Part shown: piece by piece, positions 1 through 9,006 of the stretch
How the letters are laid out: the number at the start of each line of letters is the position of its first letter
How positions within the stretch are numbered: position 1 is the first letter of the stretch
Assembly: GCA_965223795.1 (NCBI GenBank)
Contig: CBDCXL010000002.1
Span: forward strand, 288,001-352,000
Length of the DNA stretch: 64,000 nt
From: Nitrospinales bacterium
Lineage (GTDB): Bacteria; Nitrospinota; Nitrospinia; Nitrospinales; VA-1
Direction of reading: 5' to 3'
Notes under the pieces: model-generated
Database searches by the model: none
What the model saw: only the letters and a program-made list of their open reading frames with translations
Told to the model about the DNA's origin: nothing
Position numbers and translations under genes: made by a program

Positions 1-1780
1 TGACCATCGTGGCCTTGAGGTCCGCCTTGGCCTTGCCCTTGAAGTCGAGCATGGTGCCGTTGATGCTGACGCCCTTGTTGTCGATGATCACCGTGTTGCT
101 TCCCACCTTCAGCTTGATTTCCTGCAGCGAGTCGATCAGCACTTTGCCCTTCACCTTTTGCGTGGCTTTGCCGTCCACGTTCTCGGTGAGATCCTTGCCA
201 ATGGTGATGGTTTCGTTCTTTGTCACTTCGCGTTTGCGGTCGTTGAGCACCTTTTCGGTGAGATCGTTCTCGATGGTGCTTTCCATGTCATGCTGCCCGT
301 GCAGGCGGATGAGCTCCTCGCCCTTGCTGTCGTCCATCACGAACTCGTTGTAACCGCCTCCGCCCTTGCTGCTGTTGCTTTTCACGCCGCTGATCTCTTT
401 TTTGCCGGGGAGCGGATACGGCGGCTTGTTGTCGCCGTTGTACACGCGGCCGGTGATGATGGGGCAGTCCGGGTCGCCTTCGATGAAATCGACGATCACT
501 TCCTGACCGATGCGCGGCGTGTGGATGCCGCCCCAGCTGCTGCCCGCCCAGGGATGCGACACGCGGATCCAGCAGGAGCTGTTTTCATCGTGCTTGCCTT
601 CGCGGTCCCAGTGAAACTGCACCTTCACGCGGCCGTGCTCGTCGGGATAGATCTCCTCGCCTTTGGGCCCGGTGACGACGGCGGTCTGCGGCCCCTGGAC
701 GAAGGGCTTGGGCGTGACGCGCGCCGGACGGAACGGCCGCTCCTCTTCGATCGCGGTGAATTCGCAGCGGCAGGGCGACTGCGTCATGGCGGCGCTGGTG
801 GCTTCGTAATCTTCGACCACCAGAATGTTGCGTGTGGAAACGATGAGGTAGCGCTTGTTCTGGTCCTGCCGCGGGTACTGGGTCAATTCGAACAGGCCGC
901 CGCAATGAAACCCGCCGACGTTTCCCTGACCGACCGCACGGTGATACTGGGCCTGGATCTCTTCCAGACGGATGCGGGTGTATTTTTCGCCGTCCGCGTT
1001 TTCCTGATACCTGCCGGGATAATCGTACATCTCAAAATCGGCGTGGGAGTGATCGAACGGATTGCGCGAGGCCGCTTCCAGGTTGGCCTTGGGCTTTTTG
1101 AAATTGAAATCCCGCAGCGTCACCTCCCCAGAACGCGCTTCTTTCACGAAGCGCCAGTGGGAGATGTTGTCCCGGCTGCGGCGGTCTTCGTTGCCGGGCG
1201 GGTAGTAGGGGACCTGTTCGTAACCTTCGATCAGATCGTGGCCGCTCAATGAATCGGTGAGCACCAGCATGTGCTTGGCATCGTCGTGCTTGAAATAGTA
1301 ATAGATCCCCTCTTCCTCCATCAGGCGGCTGACGAAATCGAATTCCGTTTCGCGGTACTGCACGCAGTAATCCCGGGACGGATAGCTGCCGCTCAGGCGG
1401 TTCTCGAAATCGGTGAAGCCGCTGTCCCGGAAAATGGACTGGACGATGTCGGGAACGGATTGATTCTGGAAAATCCGGCAGCCGGACTTGAGCTTCAGAA
1501 ACCACAGCCAGGGGCTGAGCGTGGCGCGGTAGGAGGCATAGCGGCCGCGGCTTTCCTGGTAGCAGAACTGGGTGACGTGACCGTCGAAATAGCGTTTGCG
1601 CTCTTCGTGGGTCAACAGCGAGCACACGCTCATTTTCTTTCCCAGAACCTGGTCGAGGTCGATGTCGTGGTCTTCGCTGATCAGCTCCAGATTGTATTCG
1701 AACAGCCCGCTCATCGATTCGACCGCGTCCATGCGCTGAAACATGAGCGCGTCTTCGCCCAATGGACTGGAAACCGTCAC
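1..1780 (-). CDS. vgrG: Type VI secretion spike protein VgrG/TssI (3' end runs off window)
   Basis: Not in the ORF track because it is open at the edge. Manual minus-strand translation from GTG at 1780 gives VTVSSPLGEDALMFQRMDAVESMSGLFEYNLELISEDHDIDLDQVLGK...CVQYRETEFDFVSRLMEEEGIYYYF...PDEHGRVKVQFHWDREG...SCWIRVSHPWAG...PRIGQEVIVDFIEGDPDCPIITGRVYN, plus a C-terminal beta-helix. An in-frame stop lies just upstream at 1799-1801. Confidence 0.95.
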   Translation of the reverse strand, partial: MTVSSPLGEDALMFQRMDAVESMSGLFEYNLELISEDHDIDLDQVLGKKMSVCSLLTHEERKRYFDGHVTQFCYQESRGRYASYRATLSPWLWFLKLKSGCRIFQNQSVPDIVQSIFRDSGFTDFENRLSGSYPSRDYCVQYRETEFDFVSRLMEEEGIYYYFKHDDAKHMLVLTDSLSGHDLIEGYEQVPYYPPGNEDRRSRDNISHWRFVKEARSGEVTLRDFNFKKPKANLEAASRNPFDHSHADFEMYDYPGRYQENADGEKYTRIRLEEIQAQYHRAVGQGNVGGFHCGGLFELTQYPRQDQNKRYLIVSTRNILVVEDYEATSAAMTQSPCRCEFTAIEEERPFRPARVTPKPFVQGPQTAVVTGPKGEEIYPDEHGRVKVQFHWDREGKHDENSSCWIRVSHPWAGSSWGGIHTPRIGQEVIVDFIEGDPDCPIITGRVYNGDNKPPYPLPGKKEISGVKSNSSKGGGGYNEFVMDDSKGEELIRLHGQHDMESTIENDLTEKVLNDRKREVTKNETITIGKDLTENVDGKATQKVKGKVLIDSLQEIKLKVGSNTVIIDNKGVSINGTMLDFKGKAKADLKATMV

Positions 1781-1941
1781 CTTTCTACAATTTGATGATC
1801 AGATGAAATTCGCCTGAGCATAGTTTGTTGTAAGCCACATTTGAAATAAGTAAATAAACAAGTGCTTGTGGGCTAAGTTTATCTTCGATTATTGGTCTGC
1901 TCCCTTCCTGCCCGAATCGTTTTTTGTCATGGGCCTTCGCC

Positions 1942-4707
1942 TCATTCGAACGCATAGGAAAACGTCTCTCCCTCCACGCCCACCCGCACGTTCTGAATGG
2001 ATTTGCCTTCCATCATGTGCTTTAAAAACGCGTCGCTGATCTCGGGCAGGATGGTGTGGGTGAGGATGGCGTCGATCATGCGGCCGCCGCTCTCCAGCTG
2101 GCTGCAGCGGCTCATGATGAGATCGACGACGGCGTCGTCACAGCCGAACGGCACACCGTGCGTTTCGCGGATGCGCGCCTCGATCCTCGACAACTGCAGG
2201 CGGATGATGTTGCCGATCATCGCCGTGTCCAGCGGATAATAGGGAATGGTGATCAACCGGCCCAGCAGCGCCGCCGGAAACACCTTGAGGAGCGGGTCGC
2301 GCAGCGCCTGGGCGAGGGTCTCCGGGTCGGGCCGGTTTTCCGCGTCGCGGCACAGATCCAGGATGAGGTCGCTGCCGACATTGGAGGTCAGGATGATGAG
2401 CGTGTTCTTGAAGTCGATCAGACGGCCTTCGCCGTCCTCCATGACGCCCTTGTCGAACACCTGGAAAAAGATCTCGTGCACGTCGGCGTGCGCTTTTTCC
2501 ACTTCATCCAGCAGCACCACGCTGTACGGCTTGCGGCGCACGGCCTCGGTCAGCACGCCGCCCTCGCCGTAGCCGACGTAACCGGGGGGCGCGCCTTTCA
2601 GGGTGGAAACGGTGTGGGCCTCCTGAAATTCGCTCATGTTGATGGTGATGACGTTGTGCTCGCCGCCGTACAGGCCTTCGGCCAGCGCCAGGGCGGTCTC
2701 GGTCTTGCCGACGCCGCTGGGGCCGCACAGCAGGAACACACCGATCGGCCTGCCCGGATTGTCGAGACCGGCGCGCGAGGTCTTGACCCTTTTGCCGATG
2801 GCTTCCAGCGCGTAACGCTGGCCGATGACCCGCTTGCCCAGCGTGTCGGGCAGGTCGAGTACGGCCTGGATCTCGTTGCGCACCATGCGGCCGACGGGGA
2901 TGCCGGTCCAGTCCGCGACCACGGAGGCCACCGCCTGCTCGTGCACACAGGGCAGGATGAGGGGCTGCTCGCCCTGAATTTCGGAAAGCTGCGCTTCCAG
3001 TTGCTTGAGACGTTCGACCTGTTGCTGCTTTTTTTTCTCCTGATCGTTTTCGCCTTGTTCCAGAGCTTCGGCGCTCTGGGACGGATCGGGAGCGGCTCCC
3101 GCTTCCTGCGCCTCGGCTTCCCGCACGGCGGTGGCTTCCAGTTTGTGCGCGCCTTCGCCGTTTTTCTGTGGATGCGCGAGGCCGTAGCGCAGTTGGACAA
3201 TCTCATCGACGAGTTTTTTCTCATCCTGCCAGCGCGTTTCCAGTTTGGACAGGTCCTCTTTTTCCAGCTCCAATGCTTCGGTCAACTCACGCTCGCGCTT
3301 GGAAACATCGTGGCCCTGGGATTTTTCCCGCGCGAGGATCTCCTGCTCGATCTCCAGCGCCTCGATGCGGCGTCTGCTGTCGTCCACGCGCGCGGGCTGC
3401 GCGTGCACACTGATCGCGACGCGCGCGCAGGCAGTGTCGAGCAGGCTCACGGCCTTGTCGGGCAGCTGCCGCGCCGGGATGTAGCGGCTGGAAAGCTGCA
3501 CGGCGGCCGCCAGCGCCTCGTCGAGGATCTGCACGTTGTGGTGCTTTTCCATGGTGGCGGTCAGGCAGCGCATCATCCAGAGGGCTTTCTCCTCGCCGGG
3601 CTCGTCGATGTGCACGGGCTGAAAGCGGCGGGTGAGCGCCGGGTCTTTCTCGATGTATTTTTTATATTCCGCCCAGGTGGTGGCCGCGACGGTGCGCAGC
3701 GTGCCGCGCGCCAATGCAGGTTTTAAAAGATTCGCCGCGTCGCCGGTTCCCTGCGCGCCGCCCGCGCCGATCAGGGTATGGGCCTCGTCGATGAACAGGA
3801 TGATGGGTTTGGGCGAGGCCTGCACTTCCTCGATCACCTGGCGCAGGCGGTTTTCGAATTCGCCTTTCATGCTGGCGCCCGCCTGCAACAACCCCACATC
3901 GAGCGTGCGCAGGGTGACGTTTTTGAGCGGCGGCGGCACGTCGCCCGCGGCGATCCTGAGCGCGAAGCCCTCGACCACGGCGGTCTTGCCGACGCCCGCT
4001 TCGCCGGTGAGGATGGGATTGTTCTGCCTGCGGCGCATGAGGATGTCGACAATCTGCCGGATCTCGTTGTCGCGGCCGACGACGGGATCGATCTTGCCGT
4101 TTTTCGCCGCTTCGGTGAGATCCACGGAAAACCGCGCCAGCGCCTCCTGCCTGCCCATTTCCGGGGCGGCCATCGCATCGCTGGATTCCCCCGGAGCCGC
4201 TTCGGGCGCGCCCTCCCCTGCGCCGGCGTCCTCGGGCGAGGCGTGGACGATTTCTCTGAACTCGTCACCGAGGGCGTCGAGCTTGACCTTGCCGAACTCT
4301 TCGGACAGCCCCAGCAGCGCGTTTCTGAGTGAGGGCGTTTTCAGGATGGAAAAGACGAGGTGGCCGGAACGCACGCGCGCATCGCTGAACAGCAGGGTCG
4401 CGTACACCCAGCCGCGCTCGACGGCTTCCTCCACATGGGCGGACAGGTCGGAGATCGAGGTCGCGCCGCGCGGCAGCCGGTCCAAAGACTCTGTGAGCTG
4501 GCGGGACAACCGGGAGGCGTCGAGCTCGAAGCGGTTGACGATGCGGTGCAGGTCCGAATCCTGCAGCTGAATGATCTGGTGCAGCCAGTGCGCCAGCTCG
4601 ACATAAGGATTGCCGCGCAGTTTGCAAAACACGGTGGCGCCTTCGATGGCTTTGTAGCAAAGCGGATTGAGTTTTCCGAACAGGGTCGCGCGGCTGATGT
4701 CGGCCAT
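1942..4707 (-). CDS. tssH: T6SS AAA+ ATPase ClpV/TssH
   Basis: N-terminal ISRATLFGKLN...RGNPYVELAHW. Two Walker A motifs (GEAGVGKT, GPSGVGKT) and the LKGAPPGYVGYGEGG motif. Start placed at MADISR (ATG 4707, with GGAG upstream). Confidence 0.97.
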   Translation of the reverse strand: MADISRATLFGKLNPLCYKAIEGATVFCKLRGNPYVELAHWLHQIIQLQDSDLHRIVNRFELDASRLSRQLTESLDRLPRGATSISDLSAHVEEAVERGWVYATLLFSDARVRSGHLVFSILKTPSLRNALLGLSEEFGKVKLDALGDEFREIVHASPEDAGAGEGAPEAAPGESSDAMAAPEMGRQEALARFSVDLTEAAKNGKIDPVVGRDNEIRQIVDILMRRRQNNPILTGEAGVGKTAVVEGFALRIAAGDVPPPLKNVTLRTLDVGLLQAGASMKGEFENRLRQVIEEVQASPKPIILFIDEAHTLIGAGGAQGTGDAANLLKPALARGTLRTVAATTWAEYKKYIEKDPALTRRFQPVHIDEPGEEKALWMMRCLTATMEKHHNVQILDEALAAAVQLSSRYIPARQLPDKAVSLLDTACARVAISVHAQPARVDDSRRRIEALEIEQEILAREKSQGHDVSKRERELTEALELEKEDLSKLETRWQDEKKLVDEIVQLRYGLAHPQKNGEGAHKLEATAVREAEAQEAGAAPDPSQSAEALEQGENDQEKKKQQQVERLKQLEAQLSEIQGEQPLILPCVHEQAVASVVADWTGIPVGRMVRNEIQAVLDLPDTLGKRVIGQRYALEAIGKRVKTSRAGLDNPGRPIGVFLLCGPSGVGKTETALALAEGLYGGEHNVITINMSEFQEAHTVSTLKGAPPGYVGYGEGGVLTEAVRRKPYSVVLLDEVEKAHADVHEIFFQVFDKGVMEDGEGRLIDFKNTLIILTSNVGSDLILDLCRDAENRPDPETLAQALRDPLLKVFPAALLGRLITIPYYPLDTAMIGNIIRLQLSRIEARIRETHGVPFGCDDAVVDLIMSRCSQLESGGRMIDAILTHTILPEISDAFLKHMMEGKSIQNVRVGVEGETFSYAFE

Positions 4708-4784
4708 GACGTCGCTCCCGGATTGAGGTTCGTTTCTCTGCAAAACGCGAAGCGCTTTGCGATTTCGTTTTTATGCCGCGGCGT

Positions 4785-5816
4785 TCACGCAGCGGCCAGG
4801 GCGGCGGAGGACAGCGTGAGCACCGCGTCCCTGGAAAAAGGCCGTTCTTTTTTGAGCCAGCTTGTGTATCCCAGCCTGCCGTCGACGCCGAGCCGGGTTT
4901 CGGGAATCGCCTCCTTTTTCAGGATCAACTCCAGGTCCCACTCCAGCTCTTCGCCGAGATAGTTTTTCACCAGATCGGTCAGGTGCCGCGATCCGGCGCT
5001 CTCGGGGAAGAACCGCTCGTAATCCGCAAAGTCCAGCGGACCGAGCGCGATGCGGAATTTGTGCTGGTACCCGAACACGCGCTCTCCCAACAGAGCGGTT
5101 GCTCCCAGCATGCTTGCGCGCGAATCCGGCTGCAAAAAGCAGCGGTCCTGCTCAGCGAGTGGAAACCAGGAGCCGATGAACTGACGCAGCTGCACGGGGA
5201 CCTGAAAATAGCCCGCGAGGATGGCCTTGAGGCCTTCGGCGTTGCGCGGCCCGTGGCTGAAACGTCCGGCGAAGAAGTATTTCACCGCGTCGGCGACGGC
5301 GTCGCGGTTTCGATAGGCGTCCGTGCCGCGCCCGATGAGGCTGCCGACGTAGAACCCGAACCGGTCCTGCTGCGGGCGGTCGAACTGCACGGTCGGCCGG
5401 GCGTCGGCCCAGGCCCGGTAAAACAAAGACAGCATGCGGTGGTGGAACAGGTCCAGGAAACGCGAGAACACCGGGTCGCCCGCATTGTGCTTGCGGAAAT
5501 AGGCGAACTCGGTCAGATGGATCGGCAGCGGGCCCTGCGGACCGAGCAGGCCGAAAAAATAGCTGCCGAGCCGGGTCGCGCCGTTGCGGGCGGTCTCGTA
5601 CGAGGACAGGGTCGCGGGCGCGAATTTGAGATGCGGGTCCTGTCCGAGCTTGACCGGATCGTCGGCGGCGCGAATGGAGCGGCCGACTTTCGGTTTTTCC
5701 GGATGCGCGCATTCCAGCAGGCGGACCGCCTGGAAAAAATCGAAGCGGTGCGGCTCCTGCGCCAGATCCGCGGTCTTGTCCAAAAAGCGCGGTGCGTTGC
5801 CGTTTCCATCTCCCAT
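4785..5816 (-). CDS. tssG: T6SS baseplate subunit TssG
   Basis: FDFFQAVRLLE, FFGLLGPQGPLP, FLDLFHHRMLSLFYRAW and RLGYTSWL motifs; position between tssF and tssH. Confidence 0.95.
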   Translation of the reverse strand: MGDGNGNAPRFLDKTADLAQEPHRFDFFQAVRLLECAHPEKPKVGRSIRAADDPVKLGQDPHLKFAPATLSSYETARNGATRLGSYFFGLLGPQGPLPIHLTEFAYFRKHNAGDPVFSRFLDLFHHRMLSLFYRAWADARPTVQFDRPQQDRFGFYVGSLIGRGTDAYRNRDAVADAVKYFFAGRFSHGPRNAEGLKAILAGYFQVPVQLRQFIGSWFPLAEQDRCFLQPDSRASMLGATALLGERVFGYQHKFRIALGPLDFADYERFFPESAGSRHLTDLVKNYLGEELEWDLELILKKEAIPETRLGVDGRLGYTSWLKKERPFSRDAVLTLSSAALAAA

Positions 5817-5853
5817 TTCTCAATGCTCCCCGGTTTCAGGGTGAGCCGCCGGA

Positions 5854-7722
5854 CTACAAAACATGCCGTTCCCCCAGTCTGGGCGCCCAGCGCATGATCT
5901 CGCCCCGGTCCACGGTCTTCAACACAGTTTCGACAAACGCATTGATGGAGGTATAGCGGGAAAAAAACCGCTCCAGCACGCATCCCAGCGGAAACACGCC
6001 GCTGCCTTCGAAAGCGGATTCGTCGAAGGTCACCGCCACTTCCAGGCCGCGGCCGAAGGAAACCGGGCCGGGCGCGGGAATCCTGCGGTGTATGGGCTTA
6101 GAGGTGACGGACACCAGGCCCTCGATCTGCTTTTTCAGCGAGCTGTCCGCGGCGGCGGCGTACAGTCCCAACAGTTCCTGCAGCGCGGCGGCGTCGCCGG
6201 CTCCGGTGATGGACAGGTAGTTCAGGGAAAGGTGGCTGATCAGCCGCCACGCCACGTCCCCCTCGGCGAGCGAGGGCACGGGCGGCGTGGGCCCGGCGAG
6301 GCAGCGCACGGCTTCGACGGGACCGCCGAGGTTCAGGGTGAAATCCGACGCCTGCCTGCCGACGGACAGAAACAGCGGCAGATCGCGGTTGGTGCAGCGG
6401 ATTTCCAGGCCGAGCTGGCGCAGGCTGCTCGCCAGCGGCGCTTCATCGGCGTCCACCAGCGACACGTACACCTCGCCGCCGGAGTAGCTGGAACGCGGGC
6501 CGCGCAGGCGGGCGCGTTCGGAGAGCATGCGCTTTTTCCGGCTCAGGGTGAAGTAGGCGCGGTTCTCCTGATACGCGCGGTGGCCGTTGAGCGAATAAAA
6601 CGGCAGAAATTCCCGCTTATCCTCGTTGCCGGCGCCGTAGCCGGTGACCTTGAGCACGTCGAACACTTCAAAGTCCATCGGCCGGCTGCGGTCGGGAACG
6701 ATGTGGTACTCGCTCGCGCCGTGGTTGAGATGGATGCGGTCCGCGTGTTTTTTGAACAGGTTGGCCGCGGGCGTGCAGAACAGGGCGAAGTGCTCCTTCT
6801 CCACTTTTCCTATGAGATCGCTCTCGGCCCGGTTGAGCAGGATCAATATATCGAGCGTGTTGTCCGCGCAGCGCGCGACGCCAGAGCGCAGGCCGGAAAA
6901 TTCGAGCATGCGGCTGCGTTCGGGAAAGGCGAAATGCTCCCTGAGCAGACGGTAGCCCTGAAACGAACGCGGGCCAAAGGGCAGCAGGGCCTGATCGTCT
7001 TCCAGCCCGTGCGCCTGAATGGACGCTGCCGGCAGACGTTCCTGCCAGTCCGGCGTCTGCGAAGCGGGCTTGAGCACGACGGCCAGCGCGTTGGCCAGCA
7101 TCTGCTCCATCAACTGCACCGGCCGCCGGTCCAGGCCGTGCAGGTAAAACACCAGCCGGTCGAGGGGAAGCTGGTTGAATTTGACATCGGCGGTGGTCTT
7201 AAGACGCAGGCGGAGCGCCGCTTTCACGCCGGGCACGGTCTGCACTCCGGTGGCGGCGACGGCGGAAGCGGTGGGCAGGTATTCGGCCCCGGCGACTTCG
7301 ATGGGCCAGAGCACCACCTCCTGCGCCGTGCTGTACTGGCACTGGGTCTGTCCTTCCTTGAGGCTTTGCCCCAACAGGCTGGTGTGCCGGGGGATGGGGT
7401 AGCCCTCCACCAGCGCCCCTTCGGTGCCTTTGGGCGTGAACTGCACCAGCGTCATGGAGGGCACCGGTGACAGAAAGTGCGGGTACACCATGTCCAGCAG
7501 GTGCTGGGTGAAGCGGGGAAATTCGGCGTCCACCTTGAGCTGCACGCGCGCCGCCATGTAGCCGAACCCTTCGAGCAGCCGCTCGACGTAAGGATCGGCG
7601 CAGTCGAAGCCGTCCATGCCGAGCCGGCCGGCGATCTTGGGGTATTCGCGGGCGAACTCGCCGAACATCTCGCGGATGTGCTGCAGCTCGCCGTTGTAGT
7701 ATTTGAGGAACTGAGCATCCAT
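5854..7722 (-). CDS. tssF: T6SS baseplate subunit TssF
   Basis: Begins MDAQFLKYYNGELQHIRE...EFAREYPKIAGRLG...DPYVERLLEGF and ends with SINAFVET. ATG overlaps the tssE stop (TGATG at 7720-7724). Confidence 0.96.
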   Translation of the reverse strand: MDAQFLKYYNGELQHIREMFGEFAREYPKIAGRLGMDGFDCADPYVERLLEGFGYMAARVQLKVDAEFPRFTQHLLDMVYPHFLSPVPSMTLVQFTPKGTEGALVEGYPIPRHTSLLGQSLKEGQTQCQYSTAQEVVLWPIEVAGAEYLPTASAVAATGVQTVPGVKAALRLRLKTTADVKFNQLPLDRLVFYLHGLDRRPVQLMEQMLANALAVVLKPASQTPDWQERLPAASIQAHGLEDDQALLPFGPRSFQGYRLLREHFAFPERSRMLEFSGLRSGVARCADNTLDILILLNRAESDLIGKVEKEHFALFCTPAANLFKKHADRIHLNHGASEYHIVPDRSRPMDFEVFDVLKVTGYGAGNEDKREFLPFYSLNGHRAYQENRAYFTLSRKKRMLSERARLRGPRSSYSGGEVYVSLVDADEAPLASSLRQLGLEIRCTNRDLPLFLSVGRQASDFTLNLGGPVEAVRCLAGPTPPVPSLAEGDVAWRLISHLSLNYLSITGAGDAAALQELLGLYAAAADSSLKKQIEGLVSVTSKPIHRRIPAPGPVSFGRGLEVAVTFDESAFEGSGVFPLGCVLERFFSRYTSINAFVETVLKTVDRGEIMRWAPRLGERHVL

Positions 7723-8357
7723 CAGCTTTTGCCCGGGGTGGCGGCCTGTTTGAAATTCACCTTGCCGGTCTCCACGTTGACTTCCGCCTGCAGGTACACG
7801 TGCAGGGGCACCGGCTGGGACCACACTTCGCCTTCGATTTCCAGGCTCAACGCATTGCGGGATGGAGTCCCGTTCTTATCGATGATTCTCACCTTGAGAG
7901 ATTTTTTCAGGATGCGCGGCTCGAAATTCCAGATCGCTTCGCGCACGCACCGCTCCAGCTGGCCCCGGTCGAATCCGGAGAGCGAGCCGCCCACCAGATC
8001 GGGGATGCCGTAGTTGATGACGGAGCCCGCTGCATAGGGATAGGCGCTGAGATCCTCGGACCGTTCGATGTTGCCGGTGTTGAGCAGCCATTCCAGATCG
8101 CGGATCACACTCTGGCGCAGCTTGCTGGCGGACCAGAAGTTCGACTCCCTATCCCCGCCTGCCTGCTGCGGGCGGCCCGCCGTCTGCGCGGCTTCCGGCC
8201 CAGCGCCGGACGCCTCGGCTGCGCCGCCGTTCGTATCCGGCGCGCCGGTGGCATTCTGCGTGCGGGCCGGGACGATTTTCCTCCCCTTGGGGTTGGCATC
8301 GATCAGCCGGTCGAGCAGCGAGGGCTGCAACCGTTCTTTGGGCAACAGGTCCGCCAT
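7722..8357 (-). CDS. tssE: T6SS baseplate subunit TssE (gp25-like), with low-complexity insertion
   Basis: ERLQPSLLDRL, VIRDLEWLLNT, SVINYGIPD and AIWNFEPRI motifs. Confidence 0.93.
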   Translation of the reverse strand: MADLLPKERLQPSLLDRLIDANPKGRKIVPARTQNATGAPDTNGGAAEASGAGPEAAQTAGRPQQAGGDRESNFWSASKLRQSVIRDLEWLLNTGNIERSEDLSAYPYAAGSVINYGIPDLVGGSLSGFDRGQLERCVREAIWNFEPRILKKSLKVRIIDKNGTPSRNALSLEIEGEVWSQPVPLHVYLQAEVNVETGKVNFKQAATPGKS

Positions 8358-8373
8358 GATGTTTGAGCGCGTT

Positions 8374-8394
8374 GGAGGGGCGCGCGGCCCCTCC
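8374..8394 (-). terminator. GC-rich hairpin between hcp and tssE (attenuator or mRNA-stabilising stem)
   Basis: GGAGGGGC-gcgcg-GCCCCTCC, an 8-bp stem without a clear U tract. Confidence 0.4.
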
Positions 8395-8450
8395 GGATCA
8401 AGAAGTTTTTAAATTCATGAACACGTGAATCCGATAATCCCGATTCCGAC

Positions 8451-8936
8451 TCACGCAGTGTTGTCCTGTATGTCCCAGCCGCGGGACACTTCTTTCCCCT
8501 TGTTGCCCTTATGATCGACGGGTGTGTAGATCTCTGTGATCTTTCCGGGATTGAGGGAAATGGCTTCCGTGGGTTTCTCGCCGTTGCCGTTGCCCATGAT
8601 CGTGTAATTGCTGACCACCACGTTTTCCAGCTTGTACTTCAGGTAGACATTGCGCTTTTTGTTGGTGGTCATGATGGCGTTCATTTCGATTTCGGGGATG
8701 TGCTCGCCGTTGCAGCAGGCCTGCAGGATGTCCGGCGAGGCTTTGTCGACGAATTTGGAAATGGAAAATTCACCGAACTGCACGCCGGCGGCGGTGCGGC
8801 CGCCGCTGCCGCTGGCGCCGGAAGTGGGTTGATGGGCGCCGTGCGAAAAGCTTTGAATCTCGCACCAGTCCTTGTGTTCCTTGTCCGTGGACTCGCCTTT
8901 GATCTTGTCTCCAAACTTGATGTACATGTCAGCCAT
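8451..8936 (-). CDS. hcp: T6SS tube protein Hcp/TssD
   Basis: MADMYIKFGDKIKGESTDKEHKDWCEIQSFSHG...KFVDKASP...YKLENVVVSNY...PTEAISLN. GGAGAG RBS before ATG 8936. Confidence 0.96.
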   Translation of the reverse strand: MADMYIKFGDKIKGESTDKEHKDWCEIQSFSHGAHQPTSGASGSGGRTAAGVQFGEFSISKFVDKASPDILQACCNGEHIPEIEMNAIMTTNKKRNVYLKYKLENVVVSNYTIMGNGNGEKPTEAISLNPGKITEIYTPVDHKGNKGKEVSRGWDIQDNTA

Positions 8937-9006
8937 TTGGGTCTCTCCCATCGTTGGATTGGATAAGCGCGGCGCACCTTGAGGCCGCGGATTTCATTTT
9001 TTTCCG

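Noticed and set aside
3029..3036. A8 homopolymer in clpV as a phase-variation tract
   Set aside because: Short, in frame, and simply encodes a Lys run in a low-complexity insert.
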